Source: Chlorokybus atmophyticus (taxonomy: Eukaryota > Plantae > Mesostigma and Chlorokybus algae). Taken from it: a stretch of DNA of 64,000 nucleotides. The translations under genes and the position numbers were made by a program. Location: positions 143,525 to 207,524 of the forward strand of contig RHPI01003020.1 of the NCBI GenBank assembly GCA_009103225.1, in the 5' to 3' direction. The first letter of the stretch is position 1, and every line of letters starts with the position of its first letter. Shown piece by piece: positions 13,480 to 24,714 of this stretch. The notes under the pieces are model-generated. The model did no database searches. It was not told the origin of the DNA and was given only the letters and a program-made list of their open reading frames with translations.

Positions 13480-15079
13480 ATGGCGACCAACGAGTTTCAG
13501 CTTTACCGTCCTCTGCTCGGGCCGGCCCCACGCGTGGACGACCTGGAGGAGGAGATTGAGATTGAGAGGGAGAGGGAGAGGGAGAGGGAGAGGGAGAGAA
13601 TAATAAGAGGGAGCGAGAGGGAGGCTTCTGGGCGGCTTGTGCGCTCAGTCACTTTAGGCAGCGTCTCTCACAGCAGATCAGCCAGGACGGAGGCCCTCAG
13701 CAGGGTGGACAGCCTGTGGGACCCGAGGCCGGTAGATGATGGCGTGAGGGAACAAAAATCCGGGTGGGGTGCAACGCTGATCAAGGGTATGATGAGCACT
13801 GTACGTGTACGTGTACGTGTACGTGTACGTATGCGTGTGCGTGTGCTCGCATAGATGTGTCTGGGAGTGGGTGGGTGGATGGGTGCGTGCATGCGAGCGT
13901 GCCATATGACGAGTTCGTGAGGTGGTGCTGCACCTTACGCTTGAATCGCTTCAGTAAACGGTCGTCAATCAGGTACATATAAGGTTGCTAAGGCCGTCAC
14001 GTCCGCGTATCGATGGTGCAGAGGCGCGGTCGGCGCGACTGCTGGCGGCACCATTGTTTGTGGCGGGGCCGGCATCATGACGGGTGAGTTACCCCAAACA
14101 ACAGCACACATATGTCCACACTGTTGCAACCCAACAGAATCCTGGTGGCTGTCAGGTGCCGCGCAGGTTGGGGGCGCGAAGGTGATAGCCGCGGTGACTG
14201 GTCTCGGGGCCGCCGCAACGGGGATCGGGCTGCTAGGTGCTGCGGCGGCCACGGCCGCGGACAGCGTTATGGGTGTGCTGTTGCCGGACAACGAGGAAGG
14301 GCGGGTGGCAAGGTGAAGTGCTTGCCACACAGCATGTACTTGTCTCAGTGTCCGCGCGCGTGTGTGGAGTGAGAGAGTGTGCATGCGTGCCCGTGCGCAT
14401 GTGCGCGTGGATGGGTGCATGGTTGTGGATGGGCGCGTGTACGCGCGCATGCAATTGTGAATAAGAGCAAAGTACGGTGTACATAAATCCAAAACTATTG
14501 TGTGCACGTGTGCGTGTGCTTGTATATAACGATATGTGGTATTTTGCTATGCATGACACATGCATACTATTTGCACACCGTATGATACGACACACAAGTA
14601 TATATGACTGTGCAACAACTGCTCACTTCATAAACCTCACGCCTGCCAGATGGGCCGGCCGCGTCGCTGGGGGCGTGGCTGCTGCGGGAGTTGCCACTGG
14701 CCTGACAGCGGCATCTGCGGCGGGTGTCACGGCTGCGAGTGGAGCCACCGTGTACGGCGGGGCAGCCATCATGGTGGCGCTAGCTAAGGTAACGTGGCAA
14801 CTTCAAGTGCACAGGACTGAACAGGATATGTACATAGTTCGAATACTGATTTTCATGTAACCTATCGTTGGATGCACGCAACACCCAAACACATGAACAT
14901 GTCACATACACATGCGGGTGCGTGTGCAGGCCGGTGCAGTTGTTGGCGCAGGAGCTGCCGCAGGTGCTGCGTTGTACATTGCTCTGCCTGCGGTGGGACT
15001 GCTTGTTGTGGGTGGCCTTGCATACCTCGCGTACAAGTGGTACAAAGGGTACCAACAACGCAAGGCAGCGCGCACATAG
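13480..15079 (+). CDS. Gly/Ala-rich glycine-zipper membrane protein, paralog A (5 exons)
   Basis: MATNEFQ...EQKSGWGATLIK|GTYKVAKAV...GGAGIMT|GAAQVGGAKVIAAVTGLGAAATGIGLLGAAA...LLPDNEEGRVA|RWAGRVAGG...GATVYGGAAIMVALAK|AGAVVGAGAAAGAALYIALPAVGLLVVGGLAYLAYKWYKGYQQRKAART*. All junctions are GT-AG and in phase. Confidence 0.78.
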
Positions 15080-15599
15080 CTACTAGCTTGCAAGCATATA
15101 TGTGCGTACATAAGTACATTCACGGCATTGTCTATAGCACCGACTGTACAATGTAGTACATAATGCATGGTCTCTTGCGTAGTCATAAAATTGCGTTCAT
15201 CCATGCCATGGCCCTTCAATGTTGGACAAACCCACCTTAAAAATTCAGGTCTCCCGCCGCCACATGATGTACTCAACAACTGCATGCCACAGTCTGATGG
15301 TCTCATGCAACTGTCCCAGATAAACTACCATGATATTTGATCCTATCCAGTCGATTGAATTCGCATTGAGTTCTGACGTTCATTTCAATGTTTCACGATT
15401 GCTTTACGGAGGCATGTAGCAATGCTTCACTTTGCTTCCAACAAGCATGATAAGGTTTCAAGCAAGCATGTCAGCGTTGCGTGGCTAACCATCCACAAAG
15501 GGGCTAACCTTTCTGCGTGCTTATCACAATGCAGTTGTCTCATTGCAGTTGACTGGAGAGGTGTCCCTGCTTGCAGTTGATGCTTTCAATGTTGAAACC

Positions 15600-17690
15600 C
15601 AGCTGCTGTATCAATGCGCGCGATGCCGATAAGCGCTCGGATGTGTCGTTGTTGGCAAAGTCAAGCTCCGCGAGGTCCGTCACCATGCGCTGCACTTGAG
15701 CTGCATAAGCTTCATACAGCCTGTGTGTTTATTCAGCAAACTGCATGTCAAGAGGCTTGCTTCCAACGCTTAAATGTTACTCACTCTGTGACACGCTCGT
15801 TGAAGAGCTCCGCCTGGTGCTGGAAGAAACTCCTGCCAACTGCGGTTTGCAGCTGTCATGAGAGCAAGACAAGGAGCGCCGCATACGTCAACCTCACTGA
15901 CTCAGAGGTTGTGACAGCGTTGTGACAGCGCCGTCATGCTGTCTTCTTGTTGAGCTGCACACACATAAAACAGCTCACCTTCGAGGTACTTGCTAATCTG
16001 AATTGACACAGCGCAAGAATGTCAGCAGCATACCAACACTCCAATGACTGGTATCAGTTATTGGCTACAGTAGCCAGCTAAAGTCGTACTTGCGTGCAGC
16101 CGGCAGTGCTTGAGACTACTCGGGCGCATGCATGAGTACGTACCGCTTCTTCCAATACTTCCATGCGTTGGTTGATCTCCTCAGTTGCCATCTTCATTTC
16201 AGGAGACAGGCGATTCTCGTCCGGTTGTGGCTCAGCTTGCTGATGGTGGCCTGACCCTACTTGTAAAATGCGCGTATATAGCAATTGCAACACGGACTCA
16301 ATGCTCAGCAGTTAAGGCTTAACTGTAACATCAATCTGCTGCAAGAGTAACTCACCTTCCTGTGTGGGGTGCTGAGCGCTGCCACCAGAAGAGCTTCGCA
16401 CCTGATTACCAGTCGGGCGCCTGTCGGCTTCCTGCGCACATATAGGCCATGCTTGCCGCAGCCAAGGTTACCATGCAACATGCTTGCGGTTGAATACTCC
16501 CTCTAGTTAAACACAGTTGCAGGGAAGGCGGAGTACAGCAGTGGGTGCGTGTGTTTGCTGTCTGCAGTAGCCTACATAGGAGTAAGCTTGCTATCAACAA
16601 CAGCAACACGAGTAACAACCGTTGACGAAAACAATATTCATCCCAAAACAGCATAGTATACAAGCTGTTTTGGGATGAACGTTGTTTCGTTGCTATTGCT
16701 ACTTCATGAATTCACAACCTGTGTGCCGCATAAGCAAAGGCAACTTTATGCAACCGCAGTGCTTGATGCCCAGAAGGCTGGAGATGCTCCTGAGTGCAAA
16801 GAGCTCACAAGGCAGAGCAGGCTCCTTCCGGGTCTCTCAGGGCACGGACTAGACAAATCAATTAGCATGACACAAATTGCGCTGCTGGTCTTGCTACTTC
16901 AACAATCAGTGGACTGTGGCACAACGTTGAGTATAGTTGTTTCCATGGATGTGTCCTCGTCTGCCAGGTAGTGCAACGTAAACTGACTTGGAAGGTTTGC
17001 TCGCTGACTGGCACCAGCCGCATGCATTGCTGTTACACCCAAGCTTAAAAGCTTTCATTTGCACAATGCAGAGCTGATTTGACGATCATGCACCTAACCT
17101 GAGCGTAACTAGGAGCAGCTTCCACCATCCCGGAGGAAGAGGGATCCGTCCGCTTGCAAGCTTTTGGCAGCCGCCCGTCTTGGAAGTCTGCCGCGACCCG
17201 CTTCTGCTTAACAGGTGACAAACCCATGCACAAAGAAGCCGTTTGACACGCTGCTCGCCGGTTGGATCATGCATGTAAGCAGTGCATGCACAGGATCTCT
17301 GCCTAAGGCAGCCGCCCTTACTTAGCCACCAACTGCAAGTTGCTAGTTGCTGCGCAACAGTTTTACGCAGCAGCTAGACTGCGGCATGCAGGGTTGTAAA
17401 TGCAAAATAGCTTCGCATGCGGCAGCTCCCTTGGCCGTTTTGGAGCAGTGCAGTGTAGAACTTTACCATGCAAGTTACAGTGTTGTTTGGCCTCTGCCGA
17501 GCAACTGTGCTGCACCACACTTGCAAGCAGCTGCTGTCAGATGACAAGCAGCACATAAGCCTCAACTGCAGCAAGCGCTTTAGTAGGAGAGAGAGACGCC
17601 GACGCTTTGTGCATGCTGCCCTCTGCGTCACAACTCGCAAGACGTTGAGTTTGCAGTCAGACAACTGTGAGAATAGAATGGACATAAGGT
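15600..17690 (-). CDS. Possible multi-exon gene of unknown function; boundaries uncertain
   Basis: Exon-like segments ending in GT donors (e.g. ...SGMVEAAPSYAQ|gttagg near 17095; ...EINQRMEVLEEA|gtacg near 16140). A complete model could not be assembled. Confidence 0.25.
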
Positions 17691-17735
17691 TGCCACGTTA
17701 TATATAGCATTAATTGTAGCCCATCAGGCATGATG

Positions 17736-17809
17736 GATTCCGTGGTGTAGTTGGTTATCACGTCAGTCTAACACACTGAAGGTCGCCGGATCGAGCCCGG
17801 CCGGAATCA
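17736..17809 (+). tRNA. tRNA-Val(AAC): tRNA-Val (anticodon AAC, read as IAC)
   Basis: Full cloverleaf: acceptor GATTCCG/CGGAATC plus discriminator A, D-arm TGGTGTAGTTGGTTATCAC, anticodon arm TCAGT-CTAACAC-ACTGA (AAC at 17770-17772), T-arm GCCGG-ATCGAGC-CCGGC. A TTTT terminator follows at 17816-17819. Confidence 0.96.
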
Positions 17810-18314
17810 TGAGCCTTTTGTCGTCCAGTGTGGCAATTACACATCTGTTGGGTGCCTGTCAGAAAGTGTGCCAATGACAGTCGTCATATCGTGTACTTGT
17901 GGCTGTATACTATACAGTGTATAGTAGGTACCCGCATTACTACTATGTTCCATTTCGGCACCTACAAGATGATGGGGTGCTTGCAATTAGCTTTTAAAAT
18001 AGAGAGGTTGCGGATGACAGTATGTGTGACTATGTGCATGCTCATGTGGCTCAAGAACTTGCATGTGATGAGCATGCGTTTTGTGGTTGGCAAAGCATGT
18101 GTATGCAGATGAATCGCCACCGCACTTGAATGCGCCCGTGAATGATGCATGAATCTTTCACAGCAGGCGTAGATCTGCAATTATTGAATGCTACAACAAA
18201 GCGAGCACTTGCTGTGTACTAAGGGTGGAAAATCAACTACTTTGGCTAATGGGATGCACGCTGCATCGATATGTTTTTTTAGATGTAACAACCTCCTCCT
18301 ATAATTATCACAAC

Positions 18315-18522
18315 CATATGCACCGCTTTTGCTAAAAGGTGCAAGAGCCTATTACACCGACATGAACAGCTAATGTTGTTGTCGCATAACAGCAGCATGA
18401 TCGCGCTCAATAGCCATGGCACGATATGCACAGCTGTTGTGGAAAGGTGCAAGAGCCAATTACATTGATATGGGTAGCCGACGGTGTCGTCTCATAGCAG
18501 CATCATGATCTCGCACAGCAAC
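18315..18522 (+). repeat. Two tandem copies of a degenerate ~100-bp unit; a third copy lies at ~22105-22210
   Basis: Shared core AAAGGTGCAAGAGCC(A/T)ATT(A/G)CA...AGCAG(C/G)AT..(C)GCACAGCAAC in all three copies. Confidence 0.7.
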
Positions 18523-19534
18523 TGTAACGGGGGCCCTTTCTTTCACCCATCGCGTGATTGATTTTTATAAATTTTTATAAAAGGTCAAAGCTTCATTTAT
18601 TCGTTTCAGCTTTCAAGTAGCGCCTTTATTCTTACGCCGTGTGACTTCACATTGACGATTTCATTATATGTTAAAACTGGGCGCCTTTCCCTTATCCGAA
18701 TTGAGGTTCGTAACTTCATAAACCAGCAAGGCCAACCATAGTCCCGAAAGTTCACGGGTGACTTCGCCGTGATCTAGCCTCGCCGCGTTGAACTATTTCA
18801 AATGTGTATTCTACATGTGCGTAGTCACACAGTACATGGTACGTGAAAAGTACGCCAACCATAAAGTACAGGTAATTTCAAGTACTTTTTGACAATTGCA
18901 CATAAAGTATGTATGTACATAGCACAGTGTTTCATATAATGCATAACAGGTTAAGTGCATATTGTGCATAGCAAGTCGTATTATATGCATGTAACACATA
19001 TACTATATATGATGCATGGCGTTTGAGCACAATTTTTGCATGCTTATGCATTAAGCATGTAGTCACGTGTGTTGAAGGCTTGCTTTACGGGGTAAATATA
19101 CTATATGCTAGTTCTTGCATGCAAAGCACCATCCACGGCGTGACGCTGCGTGATGGTAGCGCGCATGTCGCGACAACGCAAGTCGTACGTAATTGCCGTT
19201 GTTATTATGATTTGTGGCGCATGTAGGCTGAAAAACCGCATTTTCACGGCGGAAGCGTACTTTAAAACGTACTTACGTCATAAGGTACTTACAAGCTTGC
19301 AGTTCGCATACTTTCAAGTACTTAATGATAAAATGTGGCGTACCCTGTGACTATGGTACTCTGCGCAAGGACAGCGCGGTGAGGCACGTAGTATTGGGAG
19401 GAAAAGGAGAGTTATCAAGCAACTCGGCTTTTATTCCCTTCAACCTCACAACAGATTGAACCTACTTGACATAGTCAAGCAAGCCAGCAGGTTTTAAGCT
19501 CGTCGCCAAACCTGCATGACTTCTCATTTCACGT

Positions 19535-21669
19535 GTGGATGCTCAGGCATTTGCATACTGCTTTGTGCATGCGGTGTGCAGGTCACATGGCACACCGAAA
19601 GAGTTGGTGTCCGACCGTGACCCCAGGTTTACCAGCAAGTCTGGCAAACAGTATGTACTTGAGCACGAAGCAATGCTTGAGTGCATGCATACCATCCGCA
19701 AACGGATGGGCAGACGAAGAGAGCGAACCAAGTACTTGAGGATGTGTTGCGACACTATACCTCACCCACGTATGAGACATGGGACATGTACCTGCCATTG
19801 GCGAAGTTTGCTATCAACAATGCTTGGCACAAAGACAGTGCAAGCCATTCCGTTATTTCTGAACTACGGGCGCCACCCGTTGACCCCTGCAGCTCTGAAG
19901 GTGCAAACCTTTAACAAAATACATGCTGCAAAGGACTTCACTGAGCAAATGCATGCTAACCTTGAGAGGGCTAAGGAGTGCTTGAGAGCAGCACAAAACA
20001 GACAAAAGGCGTATGCTGATAAGCATCGCAGGCCTGCTAAGGACCTCAAGGTTGGGACAAAGTGTTGTTAAGCTCAAAGAACATCAGGCTCAAAACGAGC
20101 GATGTTCGTGAGCTGCTCCCAAGATGGTTTGGGCCTTTTTTTCCATAACTGCAGCTGTTTGTGAACATGCCTTAAGGCTGAAACTGCATGCTGGCATGAA
20201 AGTCCATAATGTCATTCATGTGGCACTTGAACCGTACAAAAGCGACGGACCAGTGCAGCCTCCTTCTCTAGTTGAGGTTGAGGGAGACCTTGAATTTGGG
20301 GTTGAAGCCATTTGTGGCAAACGCTTGAGAAGGCACATGCATGGCTTTTATGTGCAAGGTTTACAGATGCAAATTGGGGATTATGTACAGATCGATCACA
20401 CATTTTCTAACAAACGATAAAATCTTTGTTGATGCTTAAGTAGGCTAGTTTTCCAATGATATCTCCTCGATTTCTGTGGAATACCTTATTAAGTGGCATG
20501 GTTATGGTGAAGAGCATAACCTCTAGGGAGCCTATTTCTAGCTTGGCAAACTGTGCTGCCATGCTAGATGAGTTTGAGAGTGAACTCAAATCTAAAAGGG
20601 CCATGTAGCAGTATGGTTACTGCCTCAGCTGCAAGGTGGTGTGCACCCACTTGCAAGACCTCTTCAGTGACTACCATTAACTGCGCCCATAGAAAGATGG
20701 TTGGCACTCTCGTGACTTCCACTTGATCACGTGTGGAGAGTGGAGAATCAGCTGAATTGGCCATTCGGGATTGCTCGCGTTCAAGCTTAATAGCTCGATC
20801 ATTTTTGCAACCTAAAGTTGCAATGCAAGTGGGGAGGAATGTCACGCCTAGGGCATGGCGTATCACTCTGAAGTACTTACTTATGGTAGTAAGTCAGGTT
20901 GTATGAGGATTCCGCTTCATGAGCAGGTGTAGTGCTTGTGAGGTGTGCTCATGCACAGCCTGCCCTTGAGCCAGTGTGCCCTTGGGCATGATAAACTGCA
21001 TAAAGCCTAAGTGAGCCAGCATAGAGCTACTCAGGGCTAATGTGGCAGTAGCTTGGCTATCTCACATTGAGGTGATATAGTCACACCTGCTTGGGGCTGC
21101 CAGGGAGCAACTCCAAAAGTATAAAGTAGACGCAGCCGTGACGAGGCAAAGAGAACTTTGGTCTTGGTTGTGCTAGGTCGGAGGGCAGCAGGAGAGAGTA
21201 CACAAGGACTTGGCCAACAGTGTGTTGGCAACAAAGTTCAGGGTGTGTGACTCTACTTTTGTGAGTGGGGTGCCTAGCCTGGTTGTTTAAGGGCCCTCCC
21301 CCATTCCGTATACGGTGTGGTTGTTTCAGCACTTGGTAAGTGCTGCTGAACAGTCTTGAAGTCTGTTGCCCACCGGTGCAGATAGGTGTGTCACATGCGT
21401 CACATGCTGCACATGCTGAGTCAGGAGCATTTGCACAGGGCCCGAACTTTATCCATCTCTCGAGTAGCTGCTGTACTGTCAGGAAGGCCGTCATTGCAGC
21501 ATCACAAGTCACTACATGCTGTAACTTAGCATGAACAAGCGCTTGCAATTGTTGTCCGGAGCATGCACAATCAGCATGCAAGGTTGTAAATTGTTTATGA
21601 TAAACAGTGTTGCCGCTGCACCGTCGTAGTGGCAGTGACCACCGCGGATCTGCTGATGAGCTTGTCACA
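19535..21669 (+). mobile_element. Decayed, 5'-truncated Ty3/gypsy chromovirus: integrase core, chromodomain, PPT and probable 3' LTR
   Basis: Frameshifted integrase motifs HGTPKELVSDRDPRFTSK, AYHPQTDGQTKRANQVLEDVLRHY, LPLAKFAINNA, FLNYGRHPLTP, AQNRQKAYADKHRR, plus the GPF/GPY region. Chromodomain FGVEAI...VEYLIKWHGYGEEHN.EP. PPT AAGTGGGGAGGAA then TGTCACG at 20840; putative LTR end TGTCACA at 21669 is less certain. Confidence 0.9.
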
Positions 21670-23648
21670 AGGTTGGACCTCACGTCATACTATACTTTCA
21701 CGTCCGCATGGGGTCGTCTTACGTTCCCCGCAAGCTCAAGGTGGATTTTGTCTTGCACTTGCGGTGAAGGTAAAATGTCGTAAAGGTTTAATATCAGCTA
21801 TTCGCGCTCAAGAATTATATGTATGTGTTGAGCATGCGTTTTTTGGTTAATACGGCACGTGTATATGCGGATAATTTACCACCGTTCGATTGAGTACACG
21901 TGTAAGTAATATGTAAATCTTTGGCAGCAAGCCCAGATGCGCAAGTGCTGCATGCTGTAGTAGAGCAAGCATTCGCTGCAAATTGTGTGGATACCAGCCA
22001 CAATCTCAATTATTTTGCTACAAGTTGTAAGTCAACTACCCTAAACAATGCAATGCATGACATACTCTGTCCTATAAGTGTAACAGCCTCCGCTTCTAAT
22101 TTCTGTAACCATATGTGTAGCTTCTGTGAAAAAGGTGCAAGAGCCAATTGCACCGACATAGGCTGCAGACGTTGCGGTATGATAACAACAGCAGGATCAC
22201 GCACAGCAACCTTTGCACGTTTGAGTGAATTGCGTGTACGTTGCATACTCGCATGTTATATATCCAATTCATGTGGTGTGCAGATCTTGAATTGTACATC
22301 CGCTTTTGCCGTTGGGCTGCTGTCAAGCTGCACGTTCCACCTCCAAGTCAAAGGCTCTGATCCTCAATTGCTACAAGCGACACGAATTGCACATGTGTCA
22401 CGCCCCATGTACACATACCCGCTTGCATCATTGCTGCAAACGGGCAATCACGATCATCGAGTGATCACACGATTGAGAGTTGTTGCTCGTGCGAATGTTG
22501 CATGACAATTTTAGCATTGAGTGTGCTCGAATCGATAAAATAACTTCACATTAGACGCCGTTTGGTCTAATTGTACATGGATGATAAACCTTGCGCTTTT
22601 GAGTTTATATAATATATGTTTTATGCTGGCGTAAGTTTTATGCTTCATGGCATACATGCATATTAAAACTGCATGTATGTCAAGAAAGTGAGCTTTTAAG
22701 TTCAAATACCAAGTAGGCGCCAAATTGGCGCCGCACAAACATCTTGCAAGCTGCAACCGCAAAGCCGGCCAACATATATTCGGCGAGGCGACAACTGACT
22801 GTCCCTTTGTCAGAAATGCGTGCCCATGTTAGCATAACCTTCAATTCACATTCAAAGCGTACACAAGTCAAAAACAGGTTAAGTGTCAATGACGACACGG
22901 GGGCTCGGCAACTCGTCGAGCTGATTCGGAACCAAAGTGTTGCAAACAGAGTATTGCCCCATATTGTATACCAGGTATCACTTATCACGAATCATGTATC
23001 ACTTGCTACTGGTGCAGGCCACGCGCTAGGAGCCTTGTGCTCAAGCTGGCAAATCTCGGTAAAATCGCGGAAGAAAAGGCCAAAGAACCGCACTATTTGG
23101 TCGTCGGGTAACACAGGGACACTCGCGTTGCAGGGGCAACCGGTCTGGGGGCGACTGGTCTAGGCCGCACGAACGGTCATCTACTTGGAGTTGAACGTGC
23201 TGACAGTCAACCGCAGGATTGATAACTTTCCATCTTTCCGCGGAAGTGGAAGCGTACTGGTGCTGCTTTGTGCGCGCTTCCGCGCCACATAGTCTTTAGT
23301 AGCGTCCTCCAATTCCCTCCACACTCTGGGTTTTGTCGTGAAGTTTTAAATCACCGCCTTCATTGCGTTTGACCCGTGCGGTAACGGTTGGAGGTTATCT
23401 ATCGCCATCACCAACCGAAGATCATCAATGTTTTTGATGGAGCGCAATGGCGAAGCGATGGTCATCATTCTATAATCAACCGTAACCGTCCCACGTGATC
23501 TCACCGTGTACACAAGATGTTCATTTCCACAACAAAGTGCTTCAATAAATGCAAAAATGCAAAACGACTGTATGGTGAAAAATTACATTTTGAATGTTTT
23601 TAAAGTAAATACATAAAAACTGAAATACATTCTACAAGAGATGCGCCA

Positions 23649-24329
23649 TATAACGGGAAGGTACATTAGAATACCACAAATCGACTATATAAAGCACAAA
23701 GTCTATTGTGGTCGAGTGGGCTGTGACATTGGTTTTCGGAGACCCGGGTTCGATGCCTGCCTTGCACACGAATTTCGCGGTCGTTGTTTCTCGATCCAAT
23801 TTCGCAGTCGTTGTTTCTCAATCCAATAACATCGTAAGTTGTCACTTCATAAGTGCCATCATCGATAGGTCGCGACTTGCCTAATGGCAGTCGCGACGGA
23901 CTGACCAGTTCAGTCCGCGCGGCAGGTCGCGACCTGCCTGTCGCGATGCGACTTGTGGGGCCGGCAGCGGTGCGCTATGCGCGCGTTGACCGGTATGGGC
24001 CTAGATTGGCCGGTCCTTGGGTAATCGGACTGATCAGCTCAGTCGGCGCGGCAGGTCGCGACCTGCCTGTCGCGATGCGACCTGTGGGGCCGGCAGCGGT
24101 GCGCTATGCGCGCGTTGACCGGTATGGACCTGAATTAGCCGGTCCTTGGGTCGTGGGACCGGTGACCCACCCTAAATCAGACCCCTGAGATGATTCCCCA
24201 GGTGATGGGCGCCAGCTGCCGAGGACGTCAGCGTTCTTAAGTGGGGGGGAATGTAACGGGAAGGTACATTAGATTACCACAAATCGACCAAAAAGCACCA
24301 AGTCTTTTGTGGTCGAGTGGGATGTGACA
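23649..24329 (+). mobile_element. TRIM (terminal-repeat retrotransposon in miniature), copy 1, 681 bp
   Basis: LTRs 23649-23728 and 24252-24329 (T(G/A)TAAC...GTGACA), 5-bp TSD CGCCA (23644-23648 and 24330-24334), degenerate PBS after the 5' LTR, poly-G PPT before the 3' LTR. No coding capacity; carries an internal ~125-bp tandem duplication. Confidence 0.93.
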
Positions 24330-24714
24330 CGCCATTTCTTCTATTTACGTTGTTACAGGCTCGGGTTTGCGGATCGACCCAAATGTTTTTTTCTGAATGT
24401 TCCCTATAACCGTAACACATTAGTACGAGTCACTTTTTACTCAATGCACAATCAACTAATGACATCACGTAATAGTTTGATACAGCGTACAAATTAAACA
24501 AACCACACAGCATGTAAAGGTGAAATGGCAGCATGTACAGGCCACGTACGGATTCACGGCGTGCATGCAGATGCAGGGTCCGTCTCACAGCGTCGTCAGC
24601 GGCCTCTTGCAGAGCTCCTAAAAGCCCCTCGGGTCAGGGCTTCTGCGGGTTCGAATCGACACCAAGGCATTGTTTGATACTGAATAGCCGAGATGCACAA
24701 CCAGTGTTCTAGCG

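Noticed and set aside
19392-19471. Possible ~80-bp solo LTR on the minus strand (TGTCAAG...AATAAAAG...CCCAATA)
   Set aside because: No matching TSD and no second copy in the window.
23050-23480. Minus-strand decayed reading frame (MMTIASPLRSIKNIDDLRLVM...)
   Set aside because: Several stops and no identifiable domain.
23853-24188. 111-aa ORF inside the TRIM (and a 69-aa ORF at 50199-50408)
   Set aside because: Starts at GTG, differs in length between copies because of the internal duplication, and has no gag/pol similarity; explained by GC-rich non-coding sequence.
23649-24329. Short direct repeats with spacers resembling a CRISPR array
   Set aside because: Eukaryotic context; the repeats are LTR pairs with PBS, PPT and TSDs, not repeat-spacer arrays.
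24590-24670. tRNA-like fragment with GGGTTCGAATC
   Set aside because: T-stem and acceptor stem do not pair and there is no A-box; at most a decayed tRNA/SINE head abutting the satellite.
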